From positions 1 to 37,361 of IMG/VR virus record IMGVR_UViG_3300017774_007187: a stretch of DNA of 37,361 bases. The stretch is one strand, 5' to 3'. Origin of the DNA: a virus. Lineage: Duplodnaviria > Caudoviricetes. Positions 27,713-35,798 of the stretch are shown here, in pieces. Each line of letters begins with the position of its first letter. Positions within the stretch are counted from its first letter, which is position 1. The position numbers and the translations under genes were made by a program. The notes beneath the pieces are model-generated. The model made no database searches. It was given only the letters and a program-made list of their open reading frames with translations, and was not told the origin of the DNA.

Positions 27713-29215
27713 TTAACCTGTAATTACTTGTGGTGTAATAAATTCTAATTTTAAATCAGACCAAACTTTTGGATTATCTGAATATGTTACTGATGTTACT
27801 ACTATATTTTCAGAATTTAAATTTTCAAAAAATCCAAGAGATAATTTATTATTATAACAATAGAAACTATCATTATCATAAAGTTTTGTATTAAAAATAT
27901 ATTTTTTATTTGCTTTAATTTCTACTTTATCATTAAATTTTAATAAATTTTTGCTTGTAGCAGAACTAAAAGTATATGCAGTATAATCGGTATATGTTAA
28001 TAATAATGATGTATTACCAGAATAAACTCTTGTTGAACTAGTTGTTATTAAACTATTAAATACATCGCTTGTAACACCTGTTATGCTACTAGATTCAAAT
28101 GTTCCAAATGTTCCACCGCTAAATAATGTTTGGCCTGTTACTAAATTATAAACATAGCCACTAGTATTTTCTAAAGTATAACCTGTTATATATTCAAAAG
28201 TTCTACCTGTAATAATATTCTGTGTATATGTTAATGATGAAATACCATCAACATATGAATGTTTTAATCCCCAAGTACCACCGCCCCAATTTATTGTGAA
28301 TGGAATGCCAATTTGTTTATCGGATTCAATGCTTAATGGCCTAAACCAAAAGAATTCTTCAGTATTATCCACTTCATGGAATAATTTACCATTTACAAAA
28401 ATTTTAAATGAACCATCTCTTCTTGGTGTACAATCAAGAAGATTTCCTGAATTATAATCTTTTATTTTTTTACAATATCTAAATGTTGTTACAATATTTG
28501 TCCAACCTGTTGTTTCAATTGGATTATCGCTTTTATATTCTGCTGCAAACCCAGATGTAATTAAATATCTTAATGATATTGTTTTATCATCATTGAATTT
28601 TAATCCTGCTGCATTATATTCTAAATCTTGAATATAGTTATTTGTATCATAACTTATTTTTGATGTATCGTCATTTGTTCCTGAAAATGCAACATTGAAT
28701 TTATTTTCAGATTTAGCACCTAAATACAAAAAGAAACCATCTGTAAATGAATTAATATTATCAAATGTATGTTGGTCAATATATAACCAAGTATCTATTG
28801 TAAATCCATTTTCGGTTCTGTATTTTGCAAGTTGATAGTTTTTACCATCTAATTTAAAAAATGTACTTAAATAACCTCCAGATAGTGATAATGAATTACC
28901 TTGAGTTATTCCCGTATTTAATTGTATCTGTGGAAATGTAGTATTTCCTTCTGAATCATTATATCCCAATCTTTGAAGGACTAGGTTTCTATCTCTTCTT
29001 GTAAAAGTTTTTGTTTCTGTTAAAGATGTTGCAAGACCAAAATCGTACATTGTTTGACCATATCCTGTTAAGGTAAGGTCAGACAAGATATAATTTTCCC
29101 AAAATGTTAAACTAGTTACAGAAAATCCTGCATTATTGTCAAATGACTTTATATTTGAAATGTCAAAATCAAATATAATGTTATCTTTGGTAAGTCCTGT
29201 ATTATTGAATATCAT
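27713..29215 (-). CDS. N-terminal part of the giant LamG/CBM-like repeat protein
   Basis: LamG-type FTIDTWL...WTNIV...FKIFVNGKL. Terminates mid-repeat at ITPQVITG-stop. Confidence 0.8.
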   Translation of the reverse strand: MIFNNTGLTKDNIIFDFDISNIKSFDNNAGFSVTSLTFWENYILSDLTLTGYGQTMYDFGLATSLTETKTFTRRDRNLVLQRLGYNDSEGNTTFPQIQLNTGITQGNSLSLSGGYLSTFFKLDGKNYQLAKYRTENGFTIDTWLYIDQHTFDNINSFTDGFFLYLGAKSENKFNVAFSGTNDDTSKISYDTNNYIQDLEYNAAGLKFNDDKTISLRYLITSGFAAEYKSDNPIETTGWTNIVTTFRYCKKIKDYNSGNLLDCTPRRDGSFKIFVNGKLFHEVDNTEEFFWFRPLSIESDKQIGIPFTINWGGGTWGLKHSYVDGISSLTYTQNIITGRTFEYITGYTLENTSGYVYNLVTGQTLFSGGTFGTFESSSITGVTSDVFNSLITTSSTRVYSGNTSLLLTYTDYTAYTFSSATSKNLLKFNDKVEIKANKKYIFNTKLYDNDSFYCYNNKLSLGFFENLNSENIVVTSVTYSDNPKVWSDLKLEFITPQVITG

Positions 29216-29226
29216 TCTATTTTATA

Positions 29227-29235
29227 TATAAATAG
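29227..29235 (-). promoter_or_regulatory. Putative late promoter CTATTTATA
   Basis: 11 nt upstream of ATG 29215. Confidence 0.6.
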
Positions 29236-29268
29236 AAAAATATTCAAAAAATGACATAAGTATTTAGT

Positions 29269-31797
29269 TTAATTTTGAAATTCTATGAAAGAATTTCCAT
29301 TTTCATCTTTATCAACCATAATTAGGTAATCAGGATTGATAATATCACCATATGCATGCTCAATAATTAGAATTTTATCAATATCTTGTTTTACTTTTGT
29401 CATTAGATTGATAAAATTGAAAGCATTTCTTTCAGAGAGTTTTCCAAAGAGTTCATCAAGTAAAAGAATATTTGGTCTTGACCTGTTATTCATATATCTT
29501 AATGCAAGTCTAAGACAAATACAAGCAAATACCCTTTCCATTCCTGACCCTGAAATAACATTTTGAATAATTTCAGGAGTATCTTTCTTTGACATTTGAT
29601 ATATTAAATCATTATCAAAAAATACATTGAAGTCAATATCTTCAGTATAACCTTGAAGATACATATTTACTTTTGGAATAAGTTTCTTTAATAGTGAAGT
29701 TGGAATGCCTTCTCTGTGAATACAATTCTGATATTCTTCTCTGATTAATTCTTGTCTTTGTTGCTCTAGATATTTCTCAATTGTGTCATTATAGTTTTTA
29801 ATTTCATTTTTAGCAAAATCAATATTATAATTAAATTGATTAACTTCCTTTACATATAATTCTTTTTCTTCTTTAAATTCTTGAACTTTTGTTTTATAAG
29901 TATCAATTTTAGATTGAATCTTTTTATTTTCTTCAACATAAACAACATTTATATCATATTTTGAAAGTATATCATTTTTTTGAGAAATCTTTAATTCAAT
30001 ATTTTCAATAAACATTGGAATATTATCATATTCCTGTTTGAATTTATTTCTTTTTTCAATCTCTTTAACGATTAATTCAATCTTAGCAATTTTCTCTTTT
30101 ACTTTTGTGATTGAAACACTTTCATTATTAACCTCATCTTCAAAATCTTTTATTGATGCCTTTTTATTTTCAATAATTAATTCTTTATCTTTAATTTCTT
30201 CTTTAATTTTAAAAATAATATCATTGCAATCATTTATTAAAGTTTTATATTTATTTTCATATAATTTATTTTCAATTTCTTTATTTAAGTTTTCAATCTT
30301 TTCCTTGATTACTTTAATTGCATTTTTATCCTTCTCACGATTACAAGTAGGACATATTTTACTATTTTCTAAACTATAGATTTCTTTTTCTATTACTCTT
30401 TTATCTATGTCAATACTTGCTTCAATTCTAGAAAGAGTTAATGTTTCTTTATGTATTTTACCATTTAAAATACCAATATCATTTGTAATATCATTAATTT
30501 CTTTATTTAAATCTTTAATTTGATTGTTTTTTGAAATTAACCAACCATTAAATGAATTTGATTTATCCTTTAAAGAATTATAAAGTTCTTCATCCAAAAC
30601 AAACTTATTGAGTTCTTCAATTTGTTTTAAAAGGTCTTTTTGCGACCTTTTTCTTTCTTCTTTATCATTAATAAGTTTATTAATTTCATTTTTAACATCA
30701 ACAATATTAAGATTAGTTATTTGAGAATCAATGGGTTTTAATGACTTAATTGTATTTTCAACATGAATTTCTCCATTTGAAATTCTTTCATTTAAAACTT
30801 CTATTTTATTTTTTCTGTCATCAATATTTATCTTATTTTCTTCAATAATAATTTTTGCATCCTCAATAAGTTGATTATATTTATCAACAGAGATATTTAA
30901 AAGACTTTCTTTTTTGTATTCATTCTTTTTATAATCTTTGAATGCGTTAAGTTTCTTTTCAAAGATGTCAAGACCTGTATCTCTAAGAATTGAATCTAAG
31001 AATTTTGCATGGTCAGTTGTGAGAATATCATTAAGCGTATCTGCATTAATCAATGATTTTGTAATAAACTCATCAAAATCACCAATTGATTGTTCGATTA
31101 GTCTTTGTGTATTAACTTTGTCCTGTTCTGATAAATTATTCTCATCAATTATTTCATTATTTGAATCTAATCTATTGAAATATGTTTTAGTTGAGCAAGA
31201 AGTTATTTCATTATGTGTCTTATTCCACTTTCTTTCAGTTCTTCTTCTAATGGCATAGTCTTCTCCATTGATTTCAACAATTAATTGAACTTCTGAGTAA
31301 TCTTTTTGATTATTGCTGTTGATAAATTTATTATCTCTGTTCTTCTCTTTTTTGAGAGTATCAAAGGTAGTACCATAAAGACCATATGTAACTGAATTTA
31401 AAATATTTGAATTGTGAACTAATATATTATTTGCGTAGTATTGACCAACTCCTTCAACTTGAATATCAACTAAGTCTTCATAAACATGAGAATTTAGTGA
31501 AATATATTTAATATCCTCTAAACCATCTTTTGTTTGTACTTTAATTTGACCAAATCCATATCTTAACTCTTCTAAAGTTTTGAATAATTTTAAGTCGGTC
31601 CTAAATAAATGTTTATTTGAAACAGATATACGTTTACCCTTTTCAGTTTCAAGAGTCCAATATTGAGAATTTTTTGCTGTTACACCATAAGAAAGTATTT
31701 TTGAAAAACCGAATGGTGATTCAACTTCAATATTTAATTCAGTAAGTAATTCTTTTAAGAATTTTAAATTTTCAATTTTTATCTGTTTCTCTTTCAT
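29269..31797 (-). CDS. sbcC: SbcC/Rad50 (gp46-like) C-terminal half, preceded by split intein C fragment
   Basis: After HN|S: SNILNSVTYGLYG, long coiled coils, CPTC zinc hook, SGSGMER signature, LLLDELFG Walker B and IIEH switch. No Walker A lysine. ATG 31797 preferred over TTG 31821. Confidence 0.92.
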   Translation of the reverse strand: MKEKQIKIENLKFLKELLTELNIEVESPFGFSKILSYGVTAKNSQYWTLETEKGKRISVSNKHLFRTDLKLFKTLEELRYGFGQIKVQTKDGLEDIKYISLNSHVYEDLVDIQVEGVGQYYANNILVHNSNILNSVTYGLYGTTFDTLKKEKNRDNKFINSNNQKDYSEVQLIVEINGEDYAIRRRTERKWNKTHNEITSCSTKTYFNRLDSNNEIIDENNLSEQDKVNTQRLIEQSIGDFDEFITKSLINADTLNDILTTDHAKFLDSILRDTGLDIFEKKLNAFKDYKKNEYKKESLLNISVDKYNQLIEDAKIIIEENKINIDDRKNKIEVLNERISNGEIHVENTIKSLKPIDSQITNLNIVDVKNEINKLINDKEERKRSQKDLLKQIEELNKFVLDEELYNSLKDKSNSFNGWLISKNNQIKDLNKEINDITNDIGILNGKIHKETLTLSRIEASIDIDKRVIEKEIYSLENSKICPTCNREKDKNAIKVIKEKIENLNKEIENKLYENKYKTLINDCNDIIFKIKEEIKDKELIIENKKASIKDFEDEVNNESVSITKVKEKIAKIELIVKEIEKRNKFKQEYDNIPMFIENIELKISQKNDILSKYDINVVYVEENKKIQSKIDTYKTKVQEFKEEKELYVKEVNQFNYNIDFAKNEIKNYNDTIEKYLEQQRQELIREEYQNCIHREGIPTSLLKKLIPKVNMYLQGYTEDIDFNVFFDNDLIYQMSKKDTPEIIQNVISGSGMERVFACICLRLALRYMNNRSRPNILLLDELFGKLSERNAFNFINLMTKVKQDIDKILIIEHAYGDIINPDYLIMVDKDENGNSFIEFQN
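31411..31797 (-). mobile_element. Split intein C fragment (IntC, ~129 aa, mini-intein without endonuclease)
   Basis: EVESPFGF, block B SVSNKHLF, VQTKDG, block F LVDIQVEGVGQYYAN, block G ILVHN followed by Ser+1. Block A is missing. Confidence 0.92.
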
Positions 31798-32347
31798 TTT
31801 CAATGATTTTAAATATTTCAATAATATTTGTTATTCTATTTTTAGAATCAAGATTTTTCTTTTCAGGGTCAAAAAGAATAATTTTTGTATTATCAAAAGA
31901 TAGTTCTGATAATTTTGGATTTGCAGTTAATATATAATCAAATTTATCATCAACATATTCCATAAACTTATTGTAGAATCTAATTTCATCAAAATAAAAT
32001 GATGCTGAAAAGTTTGATATATAAAAAGCAGTAAGACTTCTCATCTTAACACCCTCTCTTGAAATAATAACAATTCTAAAATTATTATCTTTCAATTCAG
32101 GATATAGTTGATTTAATTCTGCTATTACTTCTTTTGAAGGTAGTGTTGATTTTCCAAACAATTCATATGAATATTGAAAAATAAAATCTTCTAATTCATT
32201 CTCTTCAAAAGTGAATGATAGTAATGGATTAAAAGGGTCGATTGGTTCTTTAATATTTCTATCAGCAAATTCAATTTGATAATATGTTTGAAATTTTTTT
32301 ATAAAATCTCTAAGTATACCGTTTACTTCAATTGCAAAAGTTTTCAT
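31772..32347 (-). CDS. HAD-fold 5'(3')-deoxyribonucleotidase-like protein with degenerate motif I
   Basis: MKTFAIEVNGILRDF (cf. IxIDxDGVLxD), RIVIISRE, DYILTANP. ATG 32347. Stop overlaps the IntC-SbcC start. Confidence 0.6.
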   Translation of the reverse strand: MKTFAIEVNGILRDFIKKFQTYYQIEFADRNIKEPIDPFNPLLSFTFEENELEDFIFQYSYELFGKSTLPSKEVIAELNQLYPELKDNNFRIVIISREGVKMRSLTAFYISNFSASFYFDEIRFYNKFMEYVDDKFDYILTANPKLSELSFDNTKIILFDPEKKNLDSKNRITNIIEIFKIIENERETDKN

Positions 32348-32362
32348 TTTTTTGTCTTTTAA

Positions 32363-32370
32363 CAAATATA
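32363..32370 (-). promoter_or_regulatory. Bacteroidota-type -7 element TATATTTG for the HAD / IntC-SbcC unit
   Basis: Exact TAnnTTTG match 15 nt upstream of ATG 32347. Confidence 0.55.
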
Positions 32371-32409
32371 AAAGTTTTTGTCGTATTTTAGTTGAAATAT
32401 TAAAAAATA

Positions 32410-33492
32410 ATGAACAGACTAGAAAAATTAAATGAATTGCTAAATAATGTTAGTAGCAATAATTACAACATTTATTTGTATGTTCCTTCTATTCCTGACA
32501 CAGTTTATGCGATGGCAGTAGAGGAAATATACAATATCTGCCTTTTCTTGAGAAAAAACAATTACAATGCATTTTTGATTACAGGTGAAGATGAAAAAGA
32601 CTCTGAATTTAAAATCCCTGCTTTTCTTAATGAAGAATTAAGAGCATTACCACACCTTTCACCAAAGAAAGATAATATCTCAGTTTCTGCAAGTGATATA
32701 ATGATTGTGCCTGAATTCTTTGTCAATGTAATGCATCAAATTTCTGATGCTAAGATTCAATGTGAAAAGATTGTTCTTTGTCAATCTCAAACTTATATGC
32801 TTGATTCTCTACCACCAAATCATACTTGGGCTGCTTGGGGATTCAATACCATTCTTACAACATCTGACCAACTTAAAGAATTTATTCAAAGAAATAGTAG
32901 AGTAAATTATAACATTGAAACTTACACTATTGGTATTCCTGATTATTTTAAACCAAAGAAAATCAAAAAACCAATTATTATGTATTTTTCAAGAGAGGAT
33001 GCAAATATTAAGAGGTTATCAAAGATTTTCTTTATGAAATATCCTGAACTTTCTTGGGTTTTATTTGAAAGGGTTCAAGGTGCTGAAAACTTTTTAACAA
33101 GAGAACAACTTGCTGAAAAAATGGGTGAAATTCCTGTACTTCTCTGGCTTGATAAGGATGCAGGTTTTGGTACACTTCCACTTGAAGCAATGAAGAGTGG
33201 TGCTGTTGTAGTGGGTATGATTCCTGAGATTGAAAAGAATTATACAAAGAAAGATGATACGGCAATTTGGTCAAACTCAATTGAAATTCTTGCTGAACAA
33301 CTTGGTGTTGTTATTAAAGAATGGATGGTTGATAATATTCCATCAGTTGTTTATGAAAACATGGAAAAGATTACAACTGATTATACAGTTGAAAATCACG
33401 AAAAAACACTAATCTCTGCTTTTTCAAATATTATTGAAAGAAGAAGAACTTTAATCGAGCAAACTATAGAAAATATTCAAAATGAAAAATAA
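32410..33492 (+). CDS. GT-B (GT4-like) glycosyltransferase
   Basis: DIMIVPE, GIPDYFKP and AGFGTLPLEAMKSGAVVVG. Confidence 0.8.
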   Translation: MNRLEKLNELLNNVSSNNYNIYLYVPSIPDTVYAMAVEEIYNICLFLRKNNYNAFLITGEDEKDSEFKIPAFLNEELRALPHLSPKKDNISVSASDIMIVPEFFVNVMHQISDAKIQCEKIVLCQSQTYMLDSLPPNHTWAAWGFNTILTTSDQLKEFIQRNSRVNYNIETYTIGIPDYFKPKKIKKPIIMYFSREDANIKRLSKIFFMKYPELSWVLFERVQGAENFLTREQLAEKMGEIPVLLWLDKDAGFGTLPLEAMKSGAVVVGMIPEIEKNYTKKDDTAIWSNSIEILAEQLGVVIKEWMVDNIPSVVYENMEKITTDYTVENHEKTLISAFSNIIERRRTLIEQTIENIQNEK

Positions 33493-34291
33493 TACATTAG
33501 ATTTAACAGTAATCATTCCAATTAATAAATTGGAAAATGATTTGGATAAACAACTATTTGGTGAAGCAATCAAATCTGTTTTTAATCAAAACAATAGTAT
33601 TTTACCAAAAGAAGTAATTGTTATTACAAATACAGAAACAAGTAAATTAATTGATTTTAAAGAATTTGACTCTGTTAGATTTGTAATCAATGATGAAACT
33701 TCTGATAATGTTCAATCACAGATTAATAAAGCTGTAGCTGAAGTTAAAACATCTTTCTTTATGGTGTTAGATTCTGATGATGAACTTACAAACTTCTATA
33801 TGTCAAATCTATCAATACATATGGAAGAAATGACAAATGTGGATATGTTCTTGCCTTTAATTGCTGATGTAACTCTTGATAAAAAAATTCATCGCTATAT
33901 TAATGAAATTTGTTGGGCAAAGGATATGACCAATGATAGACATGGTTTTCTTACAATGGAAACATTGATGAATTATAATCTTGTATCAATCAATGGTGCT
34001 GCGATTAGAAAAGAAAAATTTGAAGAAGCAGGTGGTTTGAAGGAATCTATGAAACTTAGTTTTGTTTATGAATTCCTAATGCGTTTTACAAATATTGATG
34101 GTATTGCATATGCTGTTCCTAAGATTGGTTATTTAAGAAAGATGGGCAGAGAGAATTCATATCTTGCTCAACAAGCTGAGATGGAACTTGATGAGGTTAC
34201 TTTTTGGTGGAATCTAGCTAAAAAAGAATATGTTTGGCCTCATGATAGAAATAAACCATATGTAAAAAAGCAAGAAGCACCGATTATCTAA
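33482..34291 (+). CDS. GT-A (GT2-like) glycosyltransferase
   Basis: LTVIIP, AIKSV..Q, IN.AV, FMVLDSDDE (DxD) and FEEAGGL. Confidence 0.85.
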   Translation: MKNNTLDLTVIIPINKLENDLDKQLFGEAIKSVFNQNNSILPKEVIVITNTETSKLIDFKEFDSVRFVINDETSDNVQSQINKAVAEVKTSFFMVLDSDDELTNFYMSNLSIHMEEMTNVDMFLPLIADVTLDKKIHRYINEICWAKDMTNDRHGFLTMETLMNYNLVSINGAAIRKEKFEEAGGLKESMKLSFVYEFLMRFTNIDGIAYAVPKIGYLRKMGRENSYLAQQAEMELDEVTFWWNLAKKEYVWPHDRNKPYVKKQEAPII

Positions 34292-34293
34292 TA

Positions 34294-35091
34294 ATGGTAG
34301 AGGAAGTAAAAAAGGGTAGGCGTGGCAGAAAAGCAAAACCTGGGTCTATTAAGGAGTATTTTACTGATGTAACAGAAAAGGCTATTATCAAGTATAATAG
34401 CCCTGACTGTTCATTGGAAGAAAAAAATGAAATATATGAGAAAGAAATCCATAAGGCTCTTAAAAAACTTGCATATTTTACTGCTAAATCTTACTTTTTA
34501 TATTTTTCTAAGCGTTATACGATAGAAGATATGGAAAATGACCTTTTGATTTTTGCCTTCAATAACCTTCATATGTTTAATCCCGAAAAGATTAATAAAC
34601 ATGGTGTAAAATCAAAGGCATTTTCCTACTTCTCTACCATTTGTAAAAATGAAGCAAAACACATATCTGAGAGAAATTTTAACCAAGACAAATCAAGTGA
34701 TGATGTAGTTGAAAATATAGATTCATTTGAAAGGAACATAAACCTATCATATAAAATAAATGAAAATCTTGATGAAGATAATGATAATAATTATATTAAA
34801 ATTGTTTTCTTGGGGATGTGCAATGAAATTAAAAATAGAATAGAATCTGATAAAACTTTAAAAGAAATTGATGTAAATATTGGTTATTCTTTGATTTCTA
34901 TAATTGAAAATTTTAAATATATTAATGAACCAACTGAATCAAAAATGAGTTTGTTCTTTATTAATAATAAAGTTACAGACATGATTTGTGAAATAACAAA
35001 TAATAGATATAAAAAGCAAGAGATTAAGAAGTCATTGAAATCATTTAAGTGTTTATATCAAAAACTTAAAGATGACTATAATTCATTCTGA
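34294..35091 (+). CDS. Putative phage sigma factor (gp55-like late sigma)
   Basis: EYFTDVTEKAIIKYN...LKKLA...DME.D...FNPEK...KAFSYFSTICKN resembles gp55/sigma region 2 (F.PEK..N.FAYFT.I..N). Confidence 0.65.
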   Translation: MVEEVKKGRRGRKAKPGSIKEYFTDVTEKAIIKYNSPDCSLEEKNEIYEKEIHKALKKLAYFTAKSYFLYFSKRYTIEDMENDLLIFAFNNLHMFNPEKINKHGVKSKAFSYFSTICKNEAKHISERNFNQDKSSDDVVENIDSFERNINLSYKINENLDEDNDNNYIKIVFLGMCNEIKNRIESDKTLKEIDVNIGYSLISIIENFKYINEPTESKMSLFFINNKVTDMICEITNNRYKKQEIKKSLKSFKCLYQKLKDDYNSF

Positions 35092-35231
35092 GGTTTATTA
35101 CTAGAACAACCACAATCCTTGGTCCTTGATGTGTTTTTCCATACAAATACAATAAGAGCAGAAATACTACTAATCCAATAATTAGTAAAAAAATATTGTA
35201 ATCCAAAAAAAGTTAAAAGTGGGTATAACAT
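35076..35231 (-). CDS. Small membrane protein with CGC motif (51 aa, not in the ORF track)
   Basis: MLYPLLTFFGLQYFFTNYWISSISALIVFVWKNTSRTKDCGCSSNKPQNEL, with CTATTTATA 10 nt upstream. Confidence 0.6.
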   Translation of the reverse strand: MLYPLLTFFGLQYFFTNYWISSISALIVFVWKNTSRTKDCGCSSNKPQNEL

Positions 35232-35233
35232 GG

Positions 35234-35250
35234 CTATTTATTATAAATAG
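35234..35250. promoter_or_regulatory. Overlapping bidirectional putative late promoters
   Basis: Near-palindrome CTATTTATTATAAATAG gives CTATTTATT on + and CTATTTATA on -, between divergent starts 35231 and 35257. Confidence 0.6.
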
Positions 35251-35256
35251 AATATA

Positions 35257-35559
35257 ATGGATGAATTTAATATGTATGCAGATTTCATAACTGATAATAG
35301 TTTTGCAACTGTACCCTTTTTAAAAATACCTGAGACCGATGATGATGCATATGTTGAATGGACAGTTGGTAGTCGTTTAGATAAGATTGCATTTATATAC
35401 TATAATAATGCAGCATTAGGTAAATTTATTTTATTGGCTAATCCAGAATATATATCAGAGGCTGACTTTAATGTTGGTGATATTATTCGCATACCATTGC
35501 CAAAAGAAAATATGTTTAACTTTGTTCGTAGCAGAATAGCACAATCAGAACTTTTTTAA
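35257..35559 (+). CDS. LysM-like baseplate wedge protein (T4 gp53 / P2 gpX-like)
   Basis: GSRLDKIAFIYYNNAALGKFILLANP...VGDIIRIP. Confidence 0.75.
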   Translation: MDEFNMYADFITDNSFATVPFLKIPETDDDAYVEWTVGSRLDKIAFIYYNNAALGKFILLANPEYISEADFNVGDIIRIPLPKENMFNFVRSRIAQSELF

Positions 35560-35798
35560 ATCTTTTCTCCTTGATATCTACTCTTAATAAATTCTATAAA
35601 TGCTTTTCCTGTTGATTCGGCATTTTGTAACTGATTGTAATCATTGGGATTAACATTATCATATTGATACTTTAAACCACCCTTTACAAATGTTACTTGT
35701 AAAGTATTATTTGTTGTATTATATATTGTTGATAAAATGTTTGATGATTCATAAGTTGCTTCAATGATTCCATCTTCTTGTTTTACGTTTGTTGTCAT
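35556..35798 (-). CDS. KTSC domain protein
   Basis: SSNILSTIYN....TLQVTF..G..YQYDNV....Y..L.NAESTGKAF. Confidence 0.9.
   Translation of the reverse strand: MTTNVKQEDGIIEATYESSNILSTIYNTTNNTLQVTFVKGGLKYQYDNVNPNDYNQLQNAESTGKAFIEFIKSRYQGEKI

Noticed and set aside
27745-27760. T_TTA_AAA as a confirmed programmed -1 frameshift site
   Set aside because: Slipping here would replace consensus-matching residues (LEFITPQVITG) with non-consensus ones. The heptamer is common in AT-rich DNA, and no stimulatory structure was seen.
15010-29215. Diversity-generating retroelement or invertible tail-fibre cassette
   Set aside because: No reverse transcriptase, recombinase or adenine-specific TR/VR pair was seen. 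The paralogs differ throughout their length.
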